From: an uncultured Spirochaetota bacterium | GTDB lineage: Bacteria > Spirochaetota > Spirochaetia > SZUA-6 > Fen-1364 | Length of the DNA stretch: 64,000 bases | Reading direction: 5' to 3' | NCBI GenBank assembly: GCA_963820525.1 | Contig: CAWGAA010000001.1 | Coordinates: forward strand, 1,344,001-1,408,000 | Shown here: piece after piece, positions 1 to 9,206 of the stretch | How positions within the stretch are numbered: the stretch's first letter is position 1 | Layout: each line of letters begins with the position of its first letter | The notes under the pieces: generated by a model | The model's input: the letters and a program-made list of their open reading frames with translations, nothing else | What the model was told of the DNA's origin: nothing | The model's database searches: none | Position numbers and translations under genes: made by a program

Positions 1-694
1 GCTCAGCGCCCAGGATGGCCGCGTATTGGCCCGCGTTGCCGAAGCCCTGGACGGCCATTGGCTTTCCCGCGAGGTCCACGCCGAGCTTCTTCGCGGTCTC
101 ACGAGTCACGCAGATTCCGCCCCGCGCCGTGGCGTCGTGCCTGCCCACCGAGCCGCCGATTGCCAGGGGCTTCCCCGTGATCACGCCGGGCTGGCTCTCA
201 CCCACCACGGTCTCGTACTCGTCCATCATCCAACCCATGATCTGCGGCGTGGTGTAGACGTCGGGAGCCGGGACGTCCTTGGTGGAAGAGAGGAACCGCC
301 CCACCGCCCTGATGTAAGCACGGGCCAGCCGCTCCTTTTCGTTCGCCGAAAGCTCCTTGGGGTTGCACGTCACCCCGCCCTTGCCTCCCCCCAGGGGAAG
401 GTCGACCACCGAGGTCTTCCACGTCATCCATGCCGCAAGCGCCCTCACCGTGTCGATCGTCTCTTCGGGATGCCAGCGGAGTCCTCCCTTGGTGGGTCCC
501 CGGGCGGCGTTGTACTGCACTCGGTAGCCGTGGAACACCCGCATGGATCCGTCGTCCATGCGCACGGGGAAGGTCACCTGAAGCTCGCGCTGGGGCCAGC
601 GGAGGAGCTGGTGAGTGGCCTCGTCGAGGCCGAGCTTTTCAGCGGCGTCGTCGAGCTGCCTCTGGGCGATCTTGAAGGGATTGAGCTCGGGCAT
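1..694 (-). CDS. gdhA: Glu/Leu/Phe/Val dehydrogenase (glutamate dehydrogenase), runs off the left edge
   Basis: Manual translation from the ATG at 694: [14 protein letters not shown]...[23 protein letters not shown]...LPLGGGKGG...DVPAPDV...[10 protein letters not shown] sequence AAGGAGGT upstream. Absent from the ORF track because its stop lies outside the window. Confidence 0.93.
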   Translation of the reverse strand, partial: MPELNPFKIAQRQLDDAAEKLGLDEATHQLLRWPQRELQVTFPVRMDDGSMRVFHGYRVQYNAARGPTKGGLRWHPEETIDTVRALAAWMTWKTSVVDLPLGGGKGGVTCNPKELSANEKERLARAYIRAVGRFLSSTKDVPAPDVYTTPQIMGWMMDEYETVVGESQPGVITGKPLAIGGSVGRHDATARGGICVTRETAKKLGVDLAGKPMAVQGFGNAGQYAAILGAE

Positions 695-837
695 GGCCGC
701 ACCTCCTTTATGACATTCTTCTTCCAGCATAGTGGAGGCGATATATGCTGGCAAGTGGAAAAAGGGCTCGCGCGGCGGCGCCGCGGCTTCCCCAAAGGGA
801 GAAGCGCGAGGCTCTCCGGCTCCTTCCCCCGGGCGGC

Positions 838-1605
838 TCAGCGACCGCCCATCAAGCCCAGCATCTCTTCGTGAATATGCCCGTTGGAGGCCACGTAGTC
901 CGTTGCCGCATAGGGAAGCGGCTTTCCGGAAAAGGTCGTGATCCGCCCCCCCGCCTCTTCCACAAGAACGACTCCGGCCGCGAAATCCCACGTCTTGTCC
1001 TGGAACTCCACGACGGCATCGAGTTTCCCCTCAGCCACGTAGGAGAGCGTCCGGGCCGACGAACCGAACATGCGGAAGTTGAACGCCCGGGCGCCAAGGC
1101 TCTGAAGGAAGGCGAGCTTTCCATCCAGGCCGTGCCGCAGATCGGAATCGATGCCGATGCTGCACTCGGCCAGGCTCGCGCGTGATGAAACGCGGATCCG
1201 CCGTGAATTCTTGAAGGCGCCCGAGCCGCGCTCGGCGGCGTACAGGCTTCCCTCCATTGGCATGAAAATCACTCCGGCGTGGTAGGCTCCCCGATACCGG
1301 ATCCCTATGGAAACGCCGAAGATGTCGACCCCGCGGACGTAGTTGTGCGTGCCGTCCAGCGGGTCGATCACCCAGACGTACTCCGCCTCGCCGTTGGAAG
1401 CGCCGCCCTCCTCACCCGCGATGCCGTGCCCGGGAAACGAGACGCGAATCCTTTCCGTGATGATCCGTTCCGCTTCGCGGTCCACGTTGGACACCAGGCT
1501 CCCATCGGCCTTGGTGTCGATTCGAAGCACTTCGTCCAGGCGCTCGCGGATGACCGCCCCGGCCTCGCGCGCCGCGTCCATCGCCACATTCATCATTTCC
1601 CGCAT
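838..1605 (-). CDS. Inositol monophosphatase family protein (SuhB-like)
   Basis: [15 protein letters not shown] and WDFAAG motifs. Confidence 0.92.
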   Translation of the reverse strand: MREMMNVAMDAAREAGAVIRERLDEVLRIDTKADGSLVSNVDREAERIITERIRVSFPGHGIAGEEGGASNGEAEYVWVIDPLDGTHNYVRGVDIFGVSIGIRYRGAYHAGVIFMPMEGSLYAAERGSGAFKNSRRIRVSSRASLAECSIGIDSDLRHGLDGKLAFLQSLGARAFNFRMFGSSARTLSYVAEGKLDAVVEFQDKTWDFAAGVVLVEEAGGRITTFSGKPLPYAATDYVASNGHIHEEMLGLMGGR

Positions 1606-1675
1606 TCATGCACTCCCAGGCGGGCAAAAGATAGCGGAAAGCGGCAGGAGGGGCAAGCCAATAGGGCCACAGGTT

Positions 1676-1936
1676 CTATTTCGCGTATATCTCTCGCCTG
1701 TGGCCAACCTTCACGATCAATACGAGAAGCTCCCGATCGCGGACTTGATAGATCACTCGATAGTCGCCAACCCGCACCCTATACAGCTGCTCTTTATCGG
1801 CCAGCTTCTTCACGCCCGTCGGGCGCGGGTTTGAGGCCAGCTCTTCGATGCATTCAAGGATACGGCGTTGAGTTTCTCGGGGGAGTTTCCTGATCTGCCG
1901 TTGGGCGAGCGGGGCGAACTCTACCCGATATTCCAC
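1676..1936 (-). CDS. relE: Type II TA toxin, RelE/ParE family
   Basis: 86 aa with LASNPRP..KKL..YRVRVGDYRVIY..VKVGHRREIY; directly downstream of the antitoxin. Confidence 0.92.
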   Translation of the reverse strand: MEYRVEFAPLAQRQIRKLPRETQRRILECIEELASNPRPTGVKKLADKEQLYRVRVGDYRVIYQVRDRELLVLIVKVGHRREIYAK

Positions 1937-1945
1937 AACGCCATC

Positions 1946-2203
1946 CTAGAGGCCAAGATCTCTCTTCAACATTTCCAGAGAGATCGTGCCCTTCTTCGCC
2001 GCCTCCCTCAAAGCCTTCTTCGCGTCCTCGAGGTCCTTTTTATCCTCGAGTGCCTCCAATAGCTCTACGTCTTCGTACGGTACTATGCCGGCGAGTTTCC
2101 TTCCCCGCCTTGTCAGCACGACACGCTCTTTGCCGAAAGCTGCGCGGTTGATGGCGTCGGAAAGGTTCTCCCGCAATTCGACGGTGCTCATATCCTTGTG
2201 CAT
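1946..2203 (-). CDS. Type II TA antitoxin, Phd/YefM family
   Basis: 85 aa, STVELRENLSDAINRA...VVLTRRGRKLAGIV; upstream of the toxin. Confidence 0.9.
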   Translation of the reverse strand: MHKDMSTVELRENLSDAINRAAFGKERVVLTRRGRKLAGIVPYEDVELLEALEDKKDLEDAKKALREAAKKGTISLEMLKRDLGL

Positions 2204-2226
2204 GGTAGTGAATCCCCTTATTTACG

Positions 2227-2256
2227 AAATGTACATTTAGTACACTTTAATGTCAA
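2227..2256 (-). promoter_or_regulatory. TA operon promoter with overlapping palindromic operator
   Basis: Minus strand TTGACA (2256-2251), 17 nt, TACATT (2233-2228). A perfect palindrome AAATGTACATTT (2227-2238) covers the -10, with a second GTAC core at 2240-2243. Confidence 0.75.
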
Positions 2257-2496
2257 GTGCTTCCATAGGCCATTGCCCTATTGTGCAACGAGCGCGGCGG
2301 GCTTTAGGGCATGAGTGCCGGCGTTCGGATGCCTTAGTCCAGCGGCGCCAGGCCCCCGAGTGCCGGCGGCCGAAGCGCAGTCGTTTGAGCGCACACGTCA
2401 AGCGTTGGAGCACGTGCCCCGCGCATCCCATCGCTCTTGACAACACTGTTATCAGCGTGATATGAAGAATTGCCAACAAAAGAATAAAGACCTCCT

Positions 2497-2961
2497 ATGC
2501 CCGAATGGATTGAATTTGTATTGTTCCTGCTTTTCGCGATTCCCATCACCTTCTTCGACATCAAGGAGCTCCGGATACCCGACGTTTTGACCTTCGGAGG
2601 GATCCTTCTCTTCATCGCCTTGAAGCTGATTCTCAAGCAGGAGTCTATCGGGGTCCTCTGCCTCGAGTGTGCCGTAGGCTTCGGGGCATTCTGGCTCATC
2701 CGCCGGATGACACAGGGACGGATGGGGCTGGGAGACGCCAAGTATTCGGCGCTCATCGCCGTTTCCGCCGGCATGTATGCCTGGCTTGCGTCGATCTTTA
2801 TCGCGGCCGTCATCGGGCTTCTGGCCGCCGCGCTCCTTATCCTGATAGCGAAAAAAGACCCGAAATCCCGGATTCCCTTCGCTCCCTTCCTTACCCTCGG
2901 AGCCTGCCTTGCCATGGCGTTCAAAGGGTTCTATGGTTTAGCTGCGCACATCATCATATAA
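2497..2961 (+). CDS. Prepilin peptidase (A24), short form lacking the N-terminal Zn/methyltransferase region
   Basis: FFDIKELRIPD, GMGLGDAK-like motif (RMGLGDAK), IPFAPFL; 154 aa and hydrophobic. Confidence 0.88.
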   Translation: MPEWIEFVLFLLFAIPITFFDIKELRIPDVLTFGGILLFIALKLILKQESIGVLCLECAVGFGAFWLIRRMTQGRMGLGDAKYSALIAVSAGMYAWLASIFIAAVIGLLAAALLILIAKKDPKSRIPFAPFLTLGACLAMAFKGFYGLAAHIII

Positions 2962-2971
2962 GGAATACGAA

Positions 2972-5140
2972 ATGAAGCGCATATTCTCCATCACCGCGTT
3001 GCTCGTTCTCCTTTCGGGCGCCCTCGAGGCGCAGCAGATCAAGGAGATGGAGTTCAAGAACCAGGCCATCACGGATATCCTCCTGGCCTTGGGGGAGATG
3101 TCTGGCAAGTCCATCGTCCCGGACGAGACGGTGAGCGGCAACGCCTCCTACTACTTCACGGAAACCGACTTCGAGACGGCGCTGAAGATCTTCCTCACCA
3201 CCTATAAGATGTACTTCTGGAAGGACGGAAACATCTATTACGTTTCCAAGGTGCGGGCCGCATGGAACAAGGACACAAACGCCGTGACCCTGGACGCGGA
3301 CGAAGTGGAGATCAGGCTCATTGTCCGCGCGCTCTCCAAGGCAATCGGCAAGACCGTGCTCTTCGATTCGCTTCCCCGGGAAAACCTCACCATCCACGTG
3401 GACAACCTGAAGCCCGAGGCAGTGCTGGCCATGCTCATGAAGCGCTTCCCCGACTACCAGGTCGAATCCTCGGCTGACTTCCACTACATCAAGCGGGTGG
3501 ACACGGCCGCCAAGCAGGAGACGCGGCCCGGCCAGGCCGCTGCCCTGGTGACCCTCCGCGGCGGCCTCTACACGATCAACGCGGACAAGGCCCGCCTGAA
3601 GGACCTGCTCATGGATCTCTTCAAGAAGGCGGGCTTCGAGTACTCGTTCTTCCTCAGAAGCGACGCCATCGTAGAGAACCTCCATTTCACGGACAAGAGG
3701 TTCGAAGAGATTCTGCGGCTCCTCCTTGAGCAGGCCAACGCGGACTACTCCGTGGAGAACGGGATCTACTACATCTACGAGATCCAGCGCGCGGACGTGA
3801 TGAAAAAGCTCAAGACCATCCGCACGGTCCCCCTGAGCTACCTTTCCGTGCAGGACCTGCCCAACCTCTTCCCCCAGGACATGGCCGCACAGAACCTCTT
3901 CCGCCTGGACAAGAACACCAACACGGTGATCCTCTCCGGAAGCCTCGAGGAGATCGGGCCGATCGAGGAGTTCATCAAGAGCCTGGACAAGCCGCTGGAG
4001 AAAAAAAGCTACCACCGTTTCGACCTGAGCTACCTGAAGGTGGCGGACCTCATGAACATGCTGCCGCCGCAGGTAAGCGCCACGAAGCCCGTCGCCCTGC
4101 CGCAGTCCAACTCCTTCGTCATGCTCCTTTCTCCGGAGAACAAGAAGGCGCTGGACGACTACCTCAAGATGGTGGACAGGAAACAGGCCGGCGTGCCGAT
4201 CAAGCTCAAGTACATCCAGGCCGACTACCTCTTGAAGAACCTGCCGCCTTCCGTGGCCAAGGAGGACATCCTGCCCACGGGAGACCAGACTCTCGTATTC
4301 TACTCCGGCTCCGAGGACAAGCTGCGGCAGTTCCAGAGGGAGCTCGACTCCCTTGACAGGCCCACGCCCCAGATCCGTTACGAGCTTTTAGTGATCGAGT
4401 ACACCGGCGGCGAGACTTTCGATTGGAAACTGGGGGTCAAAGGAGGGGCGACCCTCGACAGTACCTCCACCCAGTCCTTCATCGGCGGCATCAGCAACAT
4501 GCTGAAGCTGAACTTCGACATCGTCTCCGTGTTCGGCTATACATTCGCCGTCAACCTCGACCTTACCCTGAGCAACAACAAGGCAAGCGTGCTTGCGGAC
4601 ACTACGGTGAACGGCCTCTCGGGACAGGAGTTGAAGTTCCAAAACACCACCACCTCCCGCTTCCAGCAGTTGGAGAGAAATGTCGATACGGGAGCGCTGG
4701 AGCCCACGGGCGTCACGCGGGAGGTGACCTCCGGTATCATCATCGCGATGAACGGCTGGGTTTCGGGAGACGGGATGATCACGATGAAGGTCTCTTCAAC
4801 AGTATCGAAGCAAATCGCCGGCGAAAGCACCAGCACCGAGCTCGCGGCCCTTCCCGCCACTTCAGAAAAAGTCGTGAGCACAAACGTCAGGACTCCATCG
4901 GGAAAACCGGTTGTGATAAGCGGGCTGATCCAGCAGGATAAGACTACCACCGTGGACAAGGTGCCGATCCTCGGCGACATACCGCTGTTGGGCCTCCTGT
5001 TCCAGGGCAGACATGACGAGCTTACAAACACGGAGATGGTGATCTACATCCTGCCCCACGTCGAATATCCCGAGCGCCGCGCCGTTGACGAGGCAATCCA
5101 GATCGAGGCCTTGTACAACAAGTTCGTGAAGGCCGAGTGA
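2972..5140 (+). CDS. gspD: Secretin (GspD/PilQ family)
   Basis: Signal peptide, repeated N domains, and a C-terminal secretin core (LDRPTPQIRYE...VISGLIQ...KVPILGDIPLLGLLF...EMVIYILPHV). Confidence 0.9.
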   Translation: MKRIFSITALLVLLSGALEAQQIKEMEFKNQAITDILLALGEMSGKSIVPDETVSGNASYYFTETDFETALKIFLTTYKMYFWKDGNIYYVSKVRAAWNKDTNAVTLDADEVEIRLIVRALSKAIGKTVLFDSLPRENLTIHVDNLKPEAVLAMLMKRFPDYQVESSADFHYIKRVDTAAKQETRPGQAAALVTLRGGLYTINADKARLKDLLMDLFKKAGFEYSFFLRSDAIVENLHFTDKRFEEILRLLLEQANADYSVENGIYYIYEIQRADVMKKLKTIRTVPLSYLSVQDLPNLFPQDMAAQNLFRLDKNTNTVILSGSLEEIGPIEEFIKSLDKPLEKKSYHRFDLSYLKVADLMNMLPPQVSATKPVALPQSNSFVMLLSPENKKALDDYLKMVDRKQAGVPIKLKYIQADYLLKNLPPSVAKEDILPTGDQTLVFYSGSEDKLRQFQRELDSLDRPTPQIRYELLVIEYTGGETFDWKLGVKGGATLDSTSTQSFIGGISNMLKLNFDIVSVFGYTFAVNLDLTLSNNKASVLADTTVNGLSGQELKFQNTTTSRFQQLERNVDTGALEPTGVTREVTSGIIIAMNGWVSGDGMITMKVSSTVSKQIAGESTSTELAALPATSEKVVSTNVRTPSGKPVVISGLIQQDKTTTVDKVPILGDIPLLGLLFQGRHDELTNTEMVIYILPHVEYPERRAVDEAIQIEALYNKFVKAE

Positions 5141-5143
5141 GAG

Positions 5144-6655
5144 ATGGGCGACGAATCGGGCCTGGAAAAAGTGAACATTCCCCTGAAGCAGGTGTCCCTG
5201 GCGGACTTCATGCCCCTGCCGGAATCCGAAGACCAGTATCCCCTGGAGTACATCGAAGCCAACTCCGCGATCAAGCTCCGCGAGGATGACGAGGAGGTGC
5301 TGGTCGGGATCTCTGATCCGGCAAACACCGCCATCATCCAGTACCTGAAGAACTTCCACGGAAAGCCGGTGGTGTTCTACAGGATAGATAAGACGGAGCT
5401 TGCCGGCTACCTGGGAAAACGCCTCTCGGTCCTTGAAACCGCGCGTCCCAAGGCCGGCGCAACGGACGACGAGCGGATCCTGCTGGACCGGCTGGCAAAC
5501 GACGCCCCGATCGTGAACCTGGTGAACAGCCTCATGATCGAGGCCATCAGGAAGGGGGCATCAGATATCCACATCGAGAGCTTCTCCGACGACACGCGCG
5601 TGCGCTACAGGATAGACGGCGTGCTGCAGACGGTCGTGAGGCTGGAGAAGGAGAAGTTCCCGGCGGTGGCCTCGCGTATCAAGATCATGGCCAACCTCAA
5701 CATCATGGAGCGCAGGCTTCCCCAAGACGGGCGGATCTCGGTTCACCTCGGGGACGGCACCTATGACGTTCGGGTCTCCATTGTCCCCATCGCGGCCGGG
5801 GAGTCCATCGTGCTGCGGCTTTTCAACACCAGCGGCTCGCCCTTGAGCCTGGAGGAGCTGGGGATAGATACCGACAACCTGGCCCTCATGCGCAGGCTCG
5901 TCGCCGTGCCCCACGGGCTGGTGCTCGCCACCGGGCCCACGGGAAGCGGCAAGACCACAACACTGAACGCGCTCTTAAGGGAGCTTGCCTCGGACGACGT
6001 GAAGATCGTGACGATAGAAGATCCGGTGGAGTACCTCATCCAGGGGGTGGGGCAGATCCAGACCCACGAGAGGATCGGGCTCACCTTCGATTCGCTGCTG
6101 CGTCGCGTGCTCCGCCAGGACCCCGACATCATCATGGTGGGGGAGATCCGCGACACCCCCACCGCCGAGCTTTCCATGCGCGCGGCCCTCACCGGCCACC
6201 TCGTGCTTTCCACGCTTCATACCAACGACGCCGTGTCAGTCATCCCGCGCCTGAAGAATATGGGGGTGGAGCCCTACCTCCTGGCCGCGGTTTTGCGCGG
6301 GGCCATGGCGCAGAGGCTGGTTCGAAAAATCTGCCGCTCGTGCTCCAGGTCTGTGACAGCCACGGCGGAGGAAAAGGCGTTCTTCAAGCGCTACGGGCTT
6401 TCAGCCTCTCGCCTCCACCGGGGCAAAGGCTGCGACTCCTGCGGCGGCACCGGCTTCAAGGGCCGCATCGCAATCGTTGAGGCATTCTCCTCGGACGAGA
6501 TGGTGGAGGAGATGATCCTCAAAGGCGATCGCTCCTCCGCTATCTCCGAATACCTGCAGGCCAAGGGGTTTCCCACGCTCGTCAAGAATGGGCTCTGCCA
6601 CGCCCTGGCGGGACTCACGACAGCTGACGAGGTTCAGAAGGCGGTAATGAGCTGA
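5144..6655 (+). CDS. gspE: T2SS/T4P assembly ATPase GspE/PilB
   Basis: ASDIHIE, RLPQDGR, Walker A GPTGSGKTT, TIEDPVEY, LRQDPDIIMVGEIRD, two CxxC motifs. Confidence 0.95.
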   Translation: MGDESGLEKVNIPLKQVSLADFMPLPESEDQYPLEYIEANSAIKLREDDEEVLVGISDPANTAIIQYLKNFHGKPVVFYRIDKTELAGYLGKRLSVLETARPKAGATDDERILLDRLANDAPIVNLVNSLMIEAIRKGASDIHIESFSDDTRVRYRIDGVLQTVVRLEKEKFPAVASRIKIMANLNIMERRLPQDGRISVHLGDGTYDVRVSIVPIAAGESIVLRLFNTSGSPLSLEELGIDTDNLALMRRLVAVPHGLVLATGPTGSGKTTTLNALLRELASDDVKIVTIEDPVEYLIQGVGQIQTHERIGLTFDSLLRRVLRQDPDIIMVGEIRDTPTAELSMRAALTGHLVLSTLHTNDAVSVIPRLKNMGVEPYLLAAVLRGAMAQRLVRKICRSCSRSVTATAEEKAFFKRYGLSASRLHRGKGCDSCGGTGFKGRIAIVEAFSSDEMVEEMILKGDRSSAISEYLQAKGFPTLVKNGLCHALAGLTTADEVQKAVMS

Positions 6656-7860
6656 TGCCCGTGTACATGTGCCGCGTGGCGGATGGCAAAGGAAAGATCG
6701 AGGAGTTTCTCCGGGAGGCCGCTTCCGAGGAACCGCTGGTGAGGGAGCTTTCGGCCCGAAACCTCTTCGTGCTCTCCATGAAGGAGCTGGCGCAGGGGGA
6801 GGCGGCGGGCAAGACTGGCAGGCGCTTTTCCCGCAAGGTAGTGGGCGAGCTTACGGACCTCTTGAGCCTGATGCTCGGCTCCGGGCTTTCCCTGAAGGAC
6901 TCCCTGGAAGTGGCGCAGTCGGTATCTTCCCGCGGACCGGGCAACGAGATTGTCACCCTTCTGCTGGAAAGGATCAGGAAAGGCTCCAGCTTCGCCGCGG
7001 CGCTGGAGACGACGGGCAACAGCTTTCCCCCGGTGTATCGCGGCATGGTGAAGATCGGAGAGCGGATCGGTTCCCTTGACCAGGTATTCGTCCGGCTCTG
7101 CTCCTACCTCTCGGACGAGAAAAAGCTTCGCGAGCGGTTCAGCGGGGCCCTCCTGTATCCGGCGATCGTCCTGTGCGTGGCCATGATGAGCGCCATCCTG
7201 GTCATCACGGTCCTTTTCCCCCGGATGCGGGAGATTTTTTCCCAACTGGGCCAGGGGATGTCCGCCAAGGTTGATTCACTCATGAGTTCCCTCACCGTGT
7301 CATTCATCACGGCAGGAGTCCTGCTCGCCCTGGGGATCGCGCTCCTGGTGTTTGTGTTTCGGGCGAGGAAGAAGGGAGGCCCGCTTGCGGTGCGCATTGA
7401 CTCACTCTCCCTTCGCCTGCCGCTTCTTTCGACTTTTCTCATGCAGCGTGAGCTTCTCAATTTCTCCTTTGCCATGGAAACCCTCACCGCCGCGGGAGTG
7501 AGCGTCGAGGAGGCTCTCTCGGAAGGGGCCGGCGCCGTGGGCAACAATGCGCTGAAGGAGGATATCCTTTCCATCAAGGAAAAAGTCATGAAGGGGGAGC
7601 GACTGTCGGCCGCCTTCTCCAGCAGCACCGTCTTTCCCGCCCGTATCGCGCGGTGGGTGGGCATTGGCGAGAGGGTCGGGCACGTGGAGAAGGTGTTCGG
7701 CCAGCTTCGCGCGTACTATCAGCAGGAGGTGGAGAAATGGATAAACCGGCTCATGACGCTCATCGAACCGGCAATCATCGTAGCCCTTGGAGTTCTTATC
7801 ATCCTCTTCGTGGTGTTTTTCATCATCCCCATTTTCTCTCTCTACGGAAACATCCTGTAG
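6655..7860 (+). CDS. gspF: T2SS inner-membrane platform protein GspF/PilC
   Basis: Two GspF repeats (GERIGSL; GERVGHVE), LLYPAIV, LIEPAII, three TM segments; overlaps the gspE stop. Confidence 0.93.
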   Translation: MPVYMCRVADGKGKIEEFLREAASEEPLVRELSARNLFVLSMKELAQGEAAGKTGRRFSRKVVGELTDLLSLMLGSGLSLKDSLEVAQSVSSRGPGNEIVTLLLERIRKGSSFAAALETTGNSFPPVYRGMVKIGERIGSLDQVFVRLCSYLSDEKKLRERFSGALLYPAIVLCVAMMSAILVITVLFPRMREIFSQLGQGMSAKVDSLMSSLTVSFITAGVLLALGIALLVFVFRARKKGGPLAVRIDSLSLRLPLLSTFLMQRELLNFSFAMETLTAAGVSVEEALSEGAGAVGNNALKEDILSIKEKVMKGERLSAAFSSSTVFPARIARWVGIGERVGHVEKVFGQLRAYYQQEVEKWINRLMTLIEPAIIVALGVLIILFVVFFIIPIFSLYGNIL

Positions 7861-8285
7861 GAGAAGGGGAAGCGGGCTGGACCTTCATAGAGATCATGGC
7901 GGTCATCGCCATCATCCTCATCCTCATGAGCGCCGTGGGCTTCATGGCCTTCCGCTGGGTGGACAGGGCAAAGGTCGTGACCGCCAAAAGCCAGATCGAG
8001 ACGCTGTCTCTTGCCCTCAACGCCTACGCTTTGGACTGCAAGCAGTTTCCGTCGCAGGAGCAGGGGCTCGACTCCCTGTTCACAAAGCCGCCCCTAGAGC
8101 CCGTTCCCGCGGGCTGGGCCGGTCCGTACGTTGAAAAGAAGGTGACCACGGACCCTTGGGGCCACCCCTACGAGTACACGGTGCCCGGCCCCAGCGGGCT
8201 GCCCTTCGGCATCCGCACCCTCGGGGCGGACAGCAAGGAAGGCGGGGAAGGAAACGACAAGGACATCTCTTCGTGGGAAAATTGA
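7737..8285 (+). CDS. gspG: Major pseudopilin GspG (start uncertain)
   Basis: AG|WTFIEIMAVIAII type III signal; FPSQEQGLDSL, W.GPY, DPWGHPYEY, LGAD..EGGEG..KDI. The nearest in-frame ATG (7737) lies inside gspF and has an AGGAGGT SD. Confidence 0.85.
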   Translation: MDKPAHDAHRTGNHRSPWSSYHPLRGVFHHPHFLSLRKHPVGEGEAGWTFIEIMAVIAIILILMSAVGFMAFRWVDRAKVVTAKSQIETLSLALNAYALDCKQFPSQEQGLDSLFTKPPLEPVPAGWAGPYVEKKVTTDPWGHPYEYTVPGPSGLPFGIRTLGADSKEGGEGNDKDISSWEN

Positions 8286-8296
8286 GAGAAGAATGG

Positions 8297-8454
8297 GGCG
8301 CTAGCGGCGGCAGACGGCGCGCGGCGCCGCGCATGCTCGGGGGCGCCAGCGGACGGCGCGCGGCGCCGCGCATGCTCGGGGGCGGCGGACGGGTGGGTCG
8401 CGGCAAGCCGCCCGCGATGCCGAACGTGCCCGGGGGCGCCAGCGGACGGCGCGC
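8297..8454 (+). repeat. GC-rich tandem repeat in or just before the leader of a minor pseudopilin
   Basis: 45-bp unit 8297-8341, 39-bp unit 8342-8380, and a 20-bp partial copy 8435-8454 (ggcgccagcggacggcgcgc); in frame it reads GASGRRAAPRMLG. Confidence 0.85.
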
Positions 8455-8647
8455 CCGCGAGGGCGGCTACATCCTCCTCGATGTCCTGGTGGCGCTCTTC
8501 ATAATCCTTGTCGGCTTCGCCGTTCTGGTGGGCAGCATCAGCCTGGCGGCGAGCATGACCGTGAAGCAGAACGCGCGCGTGCTGGCCCTCATCGCACAGA
8601 GGAACACGGATGCGAAAGAGCGGACGATCCTCTTCCAGCACAAGTAA
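8417..8647 (+). CDS. Small minor pseudopilin (GspI-like); start may be as early as GTG 8273
   Basis: RRAREGG|YILLDVLVALFIILVGF pilin-type signal; position in the operon. Confidence 0.7.
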   Translation: MPNVPGGASGRRAREGGYILLDVLVALFIILVGFAVLVGSISLAASMTVKQNARVLALIAQRNTDAKERTILFQHK

Positions 8648-9206
8648 ACACCAACAGGCGAAGCCGGCGACTTTGCCCGCCCCTTCGGGGCAGCCGCGAA
8701 AAGCAGCCACGGATGGTGAGTCCGGCTCCACGCTCCTGGAGGTCATGGTGGCCATCGGCATCATGTCCATCCTTGGGCTGGGGGCCTGGGGCGCCGTGTC
8801 CACCTCAATTCGGATGGCAGGTCGAATCAACGACAGGGTGCTGGAAAGCGTGCGCCTGCTCCAGCTTGACGACCGGCTTCGCGGGCTTGCCGGTCGCATC
8901 CGCCCTCCCTATTGGGCATCGAAGCAATCCGTTGAGACTGAAGGGGGCACCCTGCGGGCGGCCTTCCTCGATGGAGACCCCGAAAAATCGATGAGCATTT
9001 CCTTTGAGGACGGAGTCCTCTCCATCGATGACGGGGAATACTCAAGCCGATACTCGGATTTCAAGAGCGCCGAGTTTTCGCCCGCAGTAAACGACAGCAA
9101 AGTCACCTACGGCGTAACAGTGGATCTAAAAGCCAAGAGCGGAGACAAGATCTCCATAACTGCGCGCTTCGGCGGAACGCCGATAGGCAGCATGTCAGAT
9201 AAATGA
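8610..9206 (+). CDS. Minor pseudopilin (GspJ-like)
   Basis: GESG|STLLEVMVAIGIMSIL with Glu at +5; overlaps its neighbours. Confidence 0.75.
   Translation: MRKSGRSSSSTSKHQQAKPATLPAPSGQPRKAATDGESGSTLLEVMVAIGIMSILGLGAWGAVSTSIRMAGRINDRVLESVRLLQLDDRLRGLAGRIRPPYWASKQSVETEGGTLRAAFLDGDPEKSMSISFEDGVLSIDDGEYSSRYSDFKSAEFSPAVNDSKVTYGVTVDLKAKSGDKISITARFGGTPIGSMSDK

Noticed and set aside
26..874. 282-aa plus-strand ORF, and similar long shadow ORFs such as 46456-47922 and 51272-52609
   Set aside because: They are antisense to well-supported genes, which is expected from high-GC codon bias.
8297..8454. CRISPR array
   Set aside because: The units are adjacent without unique spacers and there are no cas genes; no CRISPR array was seen anywhere in the window.
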